A stretch of DNA of 64,000 nucleotides. It comes from Adineta vaga. Its lineage: Eukaryota; Animalia; Rotifera. The stretch is from the NCBI GenBank assembly GCA_021613535.1, contig CP075493.1, positions 17,360,001 through 17,424,000 of the forward strand, in the 5' to 3' direction. Below are positions 1 through 10,494 of the stretch, in pieces. The translations under genes were made by a program, and so were the position numbers. The notes under the pieces were generated by a model that had not been told where the DNA came from, ran no database searches, and worked only from the letters and a program-made list of their open reading frames with translations. Numbering within the stretch: position 1 is the stretch's first letter; every line of letters begins with the position of its first letter.

Positions 1-1442
1 AGACGATGATGTCACGGTGTCAATAGACAGCACTTGGTTGACTCAAGAATTTTCGTCTTTACACGGCGTTGGCACTATCGTGAGCGCAGAAGATCCTCTA
101 AAAGCTCTGAGTTATGGAGTTTTAAGTCGCCATTGCGCTGAATGTGCTGATCTATTAGGTGTCAAGAAGTCCGATGGTGAATTATATTCTAAATTACTTG
201 AAGAACGTCTACATAACGGATGTGAAGTGAATTACGACGGGAGCAGTGGTAGAATGGAAGGAGCATCAGTAGGTGATCTTTTGCGTTCTTTCTCAAAGTT
301 CTTGGATTGTTTAGATGATTATGATGTTTGGTCGATCCATTACGAAGCATAATCTACGATATCAGTATTTCTCAATCAAGACCGTATAGCGATTTACTAA
401 TCGAAAGAAAGCAGTATGAAAGAACACCGTTGCCTGACAAGAAAACTATTGGTGGCAAAGGAAGATTAGGTACCAGTTTCTCTCTAAATAATCATAACGA
501 AACTCAACTGAATCTCAATTTTTCGTTAGATGATTTCAAAATCTATAGACTTCAGATATATTTTGGAACAGCAATACGCAAGAACAACAACGATCTCAAG
601 AAAATGGAACAAGTGGCTTCGGCTGCGTGGTATCATATCGCAAGCACTGACGAGAATTCTATGCACGATTTCTGGAATCTAGATCATTGTCAATTGTACC
701 TTGATTTCGATTACAAACACGAAGGTCATTCGTTACCTCCTGCTGTATGTGCTTCAATCAAATCGGCTTACGATGAATTATGTCGTGATGATTCTCTTCG
801 TCAAATGCTCCAAGGAGGAACCACCAATGCAAATGAAAGCTTTCATCGAATTATATGATCGATGGGTAGCAAAAAATATCACATTATGAAGAGAATCAGT
901 AATGCTACGAATTTGGCTGGAATCGGTGACTGAAGAAATCTAGCTCACTGTTGTTACCATTTTCGTACCGTTGTTGCTGTATTTTGCATAAATCCAGTGG
1001 CGACTTTTTTTCTTCCTGCCTTTTCTCTGTCGTTGGCTTTCGTATTGTTTTCACTGGCATTTATTTATTTCTTTTGTTTCAGATGAGAAAAATCATGAAA
1101 ACTATCATTCGAACCCATGACCCATCGATTCACAGAAGTGTCCAGTGAGTAGACCAGTATAAATATGGAACGATATGTGTCACCCTACTATATCCCATTT
1201 GCCTCTCGATATGACCATTATATTCGCCATCAAAAACTGCTCACACTGTGGGTCAAAAAAACAATTTTCAATTGATGGATTTCGAAAACTACATAGTTGA
1301 AAAGTATTTTGCGTTTTTCCCTAGAGGTGCTTTTGATCGTTTTCATTTTCGATGCTCAATCTGTAGTAAAAACTTCAATTGAATCGGACTTGTCGTCTTC
1401 GAGATCTGTAAATCATGAAAAAAGAGGGTGAGGCATCCTTAA
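1..1442 (+). mobile_element. Decayed DNA transposon (Mutator-like/Kolobok-type DDE transposase remnant), right end near CC|TTAA at 1437-1442
   Basis: Broken ORFs 17-352 and 328-858 carry VSIDSTW..FSSLHGV, CxxC, NYDGSSGRMEG, GKGRL, YFGTAIR and GGTTNANESF motifs typical of this animal transposase family; frameshifts and deletions; ends GAGGCATCC-TTAA. Confidence 0.7.
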
Positions 1443-2509
1443 GAAAATTTCTTTCTATATAGTTTAATAGAGACAAGATAGAGAATTGTAGCTTTCACTA
1501 TTGGAAAGAATATATGAAGATGTAACGAATCGTGTATTATAAGTTGTCCTAATATTGTTTTTTGAACTATTTATATTCAATTTTCTAACTATCGAGAAAA
1601 TATTTTTATTTATGAAAGCAGGAAGAAGCACAACAGTGAGCATTTGTCACAGAAATTGCTAAAAAAATCGTATTGAAGGCTCGACTAGAATAAGTATTAT
1701 TCATTTCAGCCTGTTGCATTTTGTAGTTCTTCGATTAATGATTTGAATGTGCATCTGACTATGGAAATTTCACTCAAAACATCTTATGAGATAGATTTGT
1801 TCTTAAAAAGATCGATTTAAAACCACATAACAAATAACTCGGAAAATTCTATAATGTGCCATTCGATGCATCTTCATCTGCTTTTCCCAATGGTAAAAAC
1901 TAGCTCTTATCAGAATTTCGTTATTATAACTTTAGTTGACATATGATCAAATAGCATAGAAACATCGAGCATTCTTTTCTCTATCAAACTAGAGAGAGAG
2001 AGACAGTTTCTTGAAGCTTTCTATAAGCAATTGCAGTACCATTCTCACTACTTTTGGTATGCCCTAATTAGTAGTCATTCTTGTCAACGGCATCTAAGAG
2101 TTTTTTTGAAAAACAATTAATCTTATCTTTATAATCTCCTAAATATCATTCGAGCACGAATTAGTTTATTGTATGAAAAAAGTAGTAAATCAAATCCTGC
2201 TATTCAATCAGTCAGCGGTTCGGCAGTGTCAGTATTTTATTGACAAATTATTGTCATCCAACTTCGTTGAGTACCATCCATGTTCTATTCATTTATAATC
2301 GAGGGACTTTACCATCGGTGTTTAGTCATTATAAGTACTCATTGATCAATACTTATATCAACGTCAGAAAGTGTTTAAGTTAAACTTTCCTTATTTTTAC
2401 AATAAATAGCGAGAAACAATATTTAGTTGATTATGTGACTTACAAATTATTTTGTTATTTAGATAATCATTTTCCTGTGTACTAGTAATATTTCGTTGTC
2501 TTTGAACAA

Positions 2510-5107
2510 ATGTTGGTGACAGAACAATTGAAAAGGTGGTGGAAAGCAATAGCAATCATCATTACTCCCATCCTATTTCTTCCTTTGGTGATTCGTTTTC
2601 ACAGTGATGTAATTAACTATTCTTTTTCTCAAAGCTGACTGTGTTGTAATTAACGAGGGGGAAAAAGCGAGACTTCAAATACTTCAGGTAGTATTTTGAA
2701 GTAAGATGAAATATTTCATTCGCGAAGTCTCGCTTTTTCCCCCCTTGGTAATTAATAATATTTTAGGCATCACGATGTGGCTATGTGATACTCATAATAA
2801 TTATCTATTGGGTTACGGAAGCTATTCCCATAGCCGTTACTTCTTTATTACCACTGATTTTATTTCCATTGTTGGCTGTAGTCAAAGCCAGTGAAGTGGC
2901 ACCGAATTATTTTCGAGTGAGTTTTTTTTTATTAAACCGATAAAATGTAATAGATATTTTTGTAAAATATAATTAGGATATGACGGTACTCTTTTTCGGA
3001 GGTGTGACATTGGCATATGCTATTCAAAAGGTTAATTTACATCGACGTGTTGCTCTTTTTGTATTAAGTTTCATGGGATCGTCGATAAGACAGTGAGTCA
3101 ATTTTCGATTAGACGTCTAAATGCATTCTATTTCAAAGGATAATGGCTGGTTTGATGTTGACTTCATGGTTTCTATCAATGTGGATTAGCAAGTAATCAG
3201 ATATCTATGCAAAAAATCTATATACATAATTTTTCTACCTATTTTATTTTCTTGTTTCAGTTTTGCCTGCGCGGCAATTATGATACCAGTAGCAATGGCC
3301 ACTGCAGATGAATATGCACAGTCTTCATATAATTCTATTGAGGAAGATGGTAAGCTTGATAAACTATTTAAAAGAGAAATAGATTCGACATGATCTTTTC
3401 CTACCAAAGAATCTTCCACAGCATTATTGATTACCGACGAACAACAAAATTTTGTCTCAAAAAAGAAAGCTGATAATCTCAAAAAAAGTTTGAGACATTA
3501 TATTATAACCTCGTAAATGTTTTTAACGTACCAATAGGTTTTATATTATGCGTGCTATACAGTACAACTTATGGTGGTCTTGTTACAATTGTTGGTTCCG
3601 GTGTTACAGTTTTACTCAAAGGATATGTAGACGAGTACGTTGCCTAAAATTTGAATGTAATATATCTTACTCATGAGAAATATATGTACTTCTAGAGAGT
3701 ATAAGAATACCAACTTTCATATCACTTTTTTCAATTATTTCCTTGCGGCTTTGCCAGCAAGTGCACTAATGTTAATATTCTGCTGGATATGGTTGCAGAT
3801 TCGTTATGGATTATTTCAATGGCCAACTGGTAGTCGTCAGTCATTGAATGAAAATAATGAACATGTGAAACGATCATTAAAACGACAGTATAATGAACTC
3901 GGATCCTTACAGTAAACATGATAATTCTCAATGAAGAACGCATAACTAAAAAGATTTTTTTACGTTCAGATGGAATGAGCTCATTGTTACTGGCGTCTTT
4001 TTCATCACAGTCGTTCTATGGATTACACGTGATCTAGGCGACAGCCTTGGTGGATGGTCGGTTCTTTTTCGATATCAGTATGTACTGATAGTTAATAAAT
4101 CTGTATCACAGTGATCTATAATACCTTTATTTTGAAGGTATATATCAAATGGTACTGTGGTTGTATTATTCGCTATTCTTACTATGATTTTACCAAATGA
4201 GAAGCCGTTTACTAGTTAAATTTTCTTCATAGTTTTTTCTCTAATATTTTGTCTTTTATTCATAGAAAACTGGAAATACAAACCAATTATTGATTGGAAT
4301 GATCTTTCGAAAAATTTTCCCTGGGGAACACTGATATTACTTGGTGCCGGTCTTTCCATTGCTCATGCTGCAAAAGTATATTAGAATTTATTGTTTCATT
4401 GTTATTTTGTCTCTTTTTTCAATAAGGTTTCAAAATTAATGGACGTTTTTCACGATGCATTTCAATATTTTCATAATTCCCGGCCTGTAATTATCTTACT
4501 AGCAGTACTTATTATAAGTGAAATACTTACGCAATTAACGAGTAACATTTCTATCGGTAACGTCAAACAATCTTAAGTTTTCATTCTTTACAAGTTTTTC
4601 TATATGTATTCTAGGGAGCATTATGTTTCCTATCATTACTTCGATGGTAAGAAAAGAAAGAAAAATAATTCTAAAGTTTTTATTGTTCGCGTTTGTTAGT
4701 CTTATATTACTCATGTTCATCCAGCTTATCTACTAATACCTTGTACATTGGCCGTTTCTCAATCGTTTCTCTTACCTATGTGTAAGTACAAACGATATTA
4801 TACAGGATTTCAATTTTACAATTGTATGACGTTTTGTTTCGCAGCATCTCAGCCAAATGCATTTGCTTTCTCGACTGGTTTTCTTCGTTCTAGTGATTTG
4901 GTATGATTTTTAAACAATAATGAATATAAGAAATTGACTCGTACGCTTTTTATTCTCTAGATTACAACGGGCATTGTCATGAGTGTTGTTAATACTTTTA
5001 TTATATGTGTTGCTGCAACAACATGGATGGTGCCCATCTTTCATCTTGATCAACCTTTTTACGCAAACTCAACATTCTTAAATCTCACTTTTTCAAATTC
5101 AACATAA
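2510..5107 (+). CDS. SLC13/DASS family Na+-coupled di/tricarboxylate (or sulfate) transporter, multi-exon
   Basis: Manually spliced exons read MLVTEQLKRWWK..., YWVTEAIPIAVTSLLPLILFPLL, FFGGVTLAYAIQKVNLHRRVAL, FLSMWISN, LWITRD, FPWGTLILLGAGLSIA, SQPNAFAF; about 50-60 nt GT-AG introns; stop TAA 5105-5107. Confidence 0.85.
2648..2753. mobile_element. Small inverted-repeat (MITE-like) insertion in SLC13 intron
   Basis: AATTAACGAGGGGGAAAAAGCGAGACTTC is mirrored by GAAGTCTCGCTTTTTCCCCCTTGGTAATT. Confidence 0.6.
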
Positions 5108-5435
5108 AAGTATACTTTTTGTCACTTTTTTTTGTCATAGTTAAGTTCTCTTCTTTTTATTTTATTTTCGATGTCAGTGATAATGAATAACAAGAAGCAA
5201 AAATATAGTGACGTTTCATACCTTGAAAAGATATTTCGTGAGACATAAACATATAAGTGAGAATAATCAAAATACAGTTCTTGTTTTGATCTCAGTTTAT
5301 ACGCTTCTAGACCACAAGGTCACTTACCCTAAGTTTGAATACGAGTCAGCTTTTTCTGTCTCGGGCAATTGCCTAAGACACTTTTTTCCATTTCAAATTT
5401 TAGATTATAAATCTGGAGTAAGTCTAGTAAATAAT

Positions 5436-6563
5436 ATGAATCAACAATTAAAAATTAAAGCTGTCTGGATGCGTGGTGGCACCAGCAAAGGTCTGTTTTT
5501 TCATGAACATGAATTACCGATTGAGATTCCAGTGCGCGAAGCAATTTTACTGGCTGCTATTGGTTCGCCTGACCCTTATGGTAGGCAAATAAATGGATTA
5601 GGTGGAGGAACCAATACGACCTCCAAAATAGTCATTATTGCGCCCGCTCCAGACACTGATTTCGACGTGAACTACACGTTCGGCCAGGTAGCGATTCAAC
5701 AGTCAATGATTGACTGGACAGGCAACTGTGGCAATATAACAGCGGCGGTGGCGCACTTTGCCATTGAAGAAAAATTGATTAAAAACCCTGTTGAAAATGG
5801 CATACAACTGGTGCGTATTTGGCAAACAAATTCAAAGCAGGCTATTCATGCCCATGTGCCTGTTCAGGATGGTTTACCGATTTATAAAGGCAACGATAAA
5901 TTGGATGGTGTTAGTGGCACGGCTTGCGCATTTCGTATTGATTTCTTAAATCCATCTACGGGTGCAACCTTGCCGACTGGTAATTGCATGGATGTGCTTA
6001 TACTAAGTGACGGTAGTAAAATCGAAGCATCACTTGTTAACGCAGGAAATCCAACTATATTTGTTCGGGCTCGCGATTTTGGTTTAACAGGTGCTGAGCT
6101 GCCTGCGCAATTAAACTATCCCGAACTATTACAAAAAATTGAGCATATTCGACAAATTGGTGCATGGGTAATGGGCTTGGTAGAGCAACCTGAACAAGCA
6201 GCTCTACGTCCTGCTACGCCGAAAGTCGCCTTAATTAGTAACGCGCAGCCCTATAAAAGTCTGGACGGACAGCAACTGCAGAAAGACGATATGGATGTGT
6301 GTGCGCGTATATTTTCCATGGGCATGCCACATAGCGCATTTACCGGCGCAGGTGCAGTTGCAGTTGGTATTGCAGCTTTAATTAAAGGCAGCATTGTGGC
6401 ACAGCATTGCTCAGCTAGCGGTGATATGGTGCGCTTGGGGCATCCATCAGGTTTGTTGCCGACTATTGGTCGTTTGGATAGTACTGGCAAACAGGCAGTT
6501 GCCGCCAGTTTGATTCGTACTGCGCGACGTTTAATGGATGGTCATGTGTATGTTACGCTATAA
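5436..6563 (+). CDS. prpF: PrpF-family 2-methylaconitate/aconitate cis-trans isomerase, bacterial-type, intronless (putative HGT)
   Basis: MRGGTSKGLFF, GSPDPYGRQINGLGGG..TSK, DW.GNCGN (catalytic Cys), NAGNPTIFV, RTARRLMDGHV; clearly higher GC than flanks; likely start is ATG 5436 (MNQQLKIKAVWMRGG), not the ORF-track start at 5208. Confidence 0.92.
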   Translation: MNQQLKIKAVWMRGGTSKGLFFHEHELPIEIPVREAILLAAIGSPDPYGRQINGLGGGTNTTSKIVIIAPAPDTDFDVNYTFGQVAIQQSMIDWTGNCGNITAAVAHFAIEEKLIKNPVENGIQLVRIWQTNSKQAIHAHVPVQDGLPIYKGNDKLDGVSGTACAFRIDFLNPSTGATLPTGNCMDVLILSDGSKIEASLVNAGNPTIFVRARDFGLTGAELPAQLNYPELLQKIEHIRQIGAWVMGLVEQPEQAALRPATPKVALISNAQPYKSLDGQQLQKDDMDVCARIFSMGMPHSAFTGAGAVAVGIAALIKGSIVAQHCSASGDMVRLGHPSGLLPTIGRLDSTGKQAVAASLIRTARRLMDGHVYVTL

Positions 6564-6564
6564 A

Positions 6565-6623
6565 TCTTGAAGATGAGTGTGAGTGTGGGTATCTCCTCTT
6601 CTTTCACACCCACACCCTCAAGA
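6565..6623. repeat. Inverted telomere-like palindromic element
   Basis: TCTTGAAGATGAGTGTGAGTGTGGG-spacer-CACACCCACACCCTCAAGA, starting 1 bp after the prpF stop codon. Confidence 0.8.
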
Positions 6624-7530
6624 GAAACAAATTTGAAAGACAAACGCCTCGAATTCTAATGGACGGATAATTTTGAATCCCATACTATTTTAATAAATTG
6701 TTATTAAAAATTTGTAAAAAAACACTATCAGAAGTTTAAAATGTCTATTGATTATTTGGCAAAGTGCTGAACAAACTATCAACTTTCTGTACGAATCGAA
6801 TACATGAACACTCAATCTGTATTAAAAACAAAAAATCATTTTTGAATTCAATCGATTAACATCAAGAGGAGTAATAGAAATAGCGAAAGATAAGAATATC
6901 GATAAGAAAAGCACTGAAAACATGAATGTATTTTTGAATATAATTGTGTATGTTTATGGGCAATAATTTTGATAATAACAAAAGGTCTGTTTCTTATTTT
7001 CTTTCTCATATTTGCAAATCAAAATAAAATATTTCATCAAATAATTGTTTTACGAGATATATAGTAATAAATGGATGGTTTGTTCTTCACATCCCGATTT
7101 TGTATCATCGTTTGTGTACATAATCATTCTGTTTTTTTTTGTCAAGGACACATATTCCTTCTTTCCTTCCCGAATCGATACTTTTTTTTCCATATTACAC
7201 AAGTGAAATGTCTGCGTTTTTTTAACATATTGTATTTGTTTTGATAACTTACTGAAGGTAAGATTATAATTATATTTTGTTCTCTATACTGACATATAGA
7301 GAAAAATTAGAACGCAATATACAATGAATTGAATATGAAAACTAAAGGATCTGATACAATTCGTATGTTTATATTAATATTTTATTTCGGCTTAGATTAA
7401 GTACTATTAGAAGATTTTTAGATATAGAGTCATTTTAGCGAAAGGACCTATTTGCGAAAAGTACGATGACGAAAAACAGAATCTTGAGGATATAACTGAG
7501 TATGAAAGTGTAAATTCATTCATTAAGGAA

Positions 7531-7588
7531 ATGAAGCTCTCAAGACGCGTTTCGACCTTGCTTAAGGGACTCATCAGTTGAGTTTCAT
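7531..7588 (-). ncRNA. Minimal type I hammerhead ribozyme (PLE pLTR type)
   Basis: Minus strand: CUCAA-CUGAUGA-GUCCCUUAAGCAAGGUC-GAAA-CGC-GUC^UUGAG; stem I CUCAA/UUGAG; palindromic stem III ACGCGU; predicted cleavage between 7544 and 7543. Confidence 0.85.
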
Positions 7589-8180
7589 TATCGACTAGTT
7601 CAAATGACGACGTCCGCCATCCGCTCGGCGGATGTGTTTTGCATATATAAAGTAATACAAGCAAAATTTGACTAGCGGATCCGCTTCAGACTTTTCTCTA
7701 TGATGATTTCTTGTTCCGGCCTGCCTCCCTCTTTCTCCCCCTAACCCTCAGCTAGTCCTTCGGGCCATGCTTCGCTACATGATTTCATTATTTTCTTTGG
7801 ATTTCTCATCATCTTGAGGGTGTATACGATTGAAGATATCTTTCTTGGACATTCTCATCATCAGCATCAGCATCTGTTAGATATGTTCCACTAAGGATGT
7901 CAAGTCTTTTAACCTATATTAAAATCAGTGCATATGAGTAAATTCGAGATAACACGTTCAGCTAAATTGAACAATCAGTAGGCGTCTATCTAAATGTGGG
8001 TGTAACTCAGGGGGTATATGGCATGTTGAGGGTGCTCTTGAGGGTGATGCCTCGAAGCAGGGTGAGTGAGATCTCGATAGGATCTGGCTGCAAAATCCTT
8101 ACGCTTGAGGGTGATTCTCCTGATTTCTTGAATTATTCTCCAAAAAAATGGCAGTCTCTTGAGGGTGTGTTTTGAATATA

Positions 8181-8230
8181 GAGACCATGACTAGTTTCGA
8201 CTTATTTCAAAGTCTCATCAGATGGCTATC
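8181..8230 (-). ncRNA. Minimal type I hammerhead ribozyme (PLE pLTR type)
   Basis: Minus strand: GCCAU-CUGAUGA-GACUUUGAAAUAAGUC-GAAA-CUA-GUC^AUGGU; intact core; palindromic stem III ACUAGU; followed by CACACCCTCAAG. Confidence 0.9.
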
Positions 8231-9544
8231 TAATCTGCATAATGAAAATAATTTCAAATTAATTTCAATCGTTGGATAGCTTACCTCAAGATTAATTAGG
8301 TTTGGTTACTGATTTTTATTGATGTATAGATGAATAGATCAGAGGTGGTATGATTTTATTTGGTTTGAATACTTGATAGATTAAAATCGAGCTCAAATGT
8401 GATTCAGGATGAGTTCATTTGTTTAGAATCTCTTGAAATGGTGTTTGTTGTTAATTAAATCAGATTAAATTGGTTGAGATTGTGATATTGAATAAAACTA
8501 TATGATTGTCTTATTTTGAATAGTTTTGTTTTATTGTTTTTAACTTGAGCCATTCTGTGATGTCGTCGTGGTGTGCAAGGATGTGATAATGATTTCAATA
8601 AAAGATAAATGAGATTATGATTTGAAACAATATTAATATAAGCTAGGAAAAATCTATATATTATATATACGGAGTATATCAATGGATAAAATTTGACTAT
8701 GATGTAGAAGTGCTTTTGTATTTATATGACGAAGAGAGAAAATGGATTTTGACCTATACTACGCCTGAAACTATGTGGGAAAATTGTGAAATAATGATGA
8801 AGAGAAGAAATTCATAGCAATGTGTGCAGAGGCGTATATGCAATGTTGATTTTATCTAAGAAATATAGATGTGGAAGAATGCGATGTCGTTATAAAAAGA
8901 GAAGAGAAAAGATATGTCCTGAAGACGTTAAAATATGCCATTGCATCAATGTATCTATGAATGTGTAGAGAAGAAAAGAAAGAGAAAATGTAGAAGAAGA
9001 AAATGAGAAAAATTATATACTCATTTTTAAAGTTTCATTCAATGTAGTTTGCTTTTGTTTTCATTATGACTGCTTATGGTTTTTGGATGGAATTAATGTG
9101 GTATTGATAATAATTCGATCTTTTTGAAATGATAATCCTGTCAGAATGATGAAGATATACAAGTAACGATAAAATCATGAAGTATTAATAATAAGAATAC
9201 ATAAATAGATTTTCTTATAGCTTCCGATGATGACAATGAGAGATGTTGAAGAAAATTTGAATTTAAATATAAAATAATATTAAAACATGGGATACAATAG
9301 TGATTCAAGTAAGTTCTAAAGAAGTCCTGGTGGCATTCTTGGATATTTCATATACCAATTCAGATGTTATTGAAATATCTACAACAGAAAAGATTATTTG
9401 TAGAAAGTAGCTTTCAATATAAATTAAGCGGAGAAGCAAAAGAATCTCAAACTTTACTGAAAAGAACTATTTTAAATATTATAATAATAGTAATAATATA
9501 ATGGAAGATAAAATTGGAAAGAAGATATTAAATAGTTTTTATTA

Positions 9545-10494
9545 TTATTGATTGGTTTCCATTTCAGTTGTGACGTTGTACGCATCATAACGATCGTGAG
9601 ACGGCTTAAAGAGTGTTCCTAGTTTACACTTAGCAATGATATTGGCACGTTTTATCATATGTAATCGTCTGGTCTCAATAGCATCAAGCACCATTGTTTG
9701 CCATTGAGATGTTGATTGGATGAACCGATTGTTAAATGTAGATTTCTTTTTTCTCGGCCAGTATAACTGCATTAAGATTTTCTTCTAATCGATGACTAGT
9801 ACGAATAGCTTGATGAACAATATTATCCTTTAAAGTTTGGAGTTTCTTGATTTAATCAGATAAAGGATATGTTGTTGGAGATTCTTCAGTTGTAACTCGA
9901 CTGGGTTGTCGGAGAATTGTATCGATATCATCTATTATACTTTCGATTAGACCAGAAGGTGCTTCTGCTTGTATTCATGTTGTGAGACAATATTCTAAGA
10001 CAACCACAATATTTTCTTCTATCATCATTTGGTTTTTTGTAGCTTTCCATATTCGCCTTGCTGAGATGGTCTAAAATAGTAGACAAAAGTTGATAAAGAT
10101 ATGGAGTACATTTAATATTCAAGAAAGACTAGTTTTGTTACTTGTGACTTGTTCGATTTGATTTTGAAAAACTTCAGCAACAGTTCATGGTCGGTTGCAT
10201 CCAGAATTAACATCTCTCTTTTATATTCGTATTCATCGTATTGAGAAGGATAATAGATCTGAAACATAAATAAGAAGAGCAGATAAAGGAATATTGATTT
10301 CTGTGGTAATATAAGTTTTATTCGGAAAGATTTCATTATTATTATCTATATTGTTTAAGAAAAGACATGCATAAAAAACAGAAAGCAGTAGATATTTTTT
10401 TCATAGTATAATATATCATGATTGCATTCTAAAGAAAGACAACAGTTGATGATATGGAGAACTAACGGAAATAAGATATTCTTACCTTGCTCAT
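9545..10494 (-). pseudogene. Second coiled-coil ORF of the Athena element, paralog of ORF1
   Basis: EYKREMLILDATDHELLLKFFKIKSNKSQ|intron|..RIWKAT aligns by eye with ORF1 QRKKSLLQFHANDYRLVQAFYNLKPSEDQ|intron|..IIWQAT; several stops and frameshifts. Confidence 0.6.

Noticed and set aside
5208-5435. 76-aa N-terminal extension of PrpF in the ORF track
   Set aside because: Starts at GTG, is AT-rich and has no PrpF similarity; homology begins at ATG 5436
7830-7870. Possible third hammerhead between the two real ones
   Set aside because: CUGAUGA lies in a GAT/GCT microsatellite; stem II does not pair
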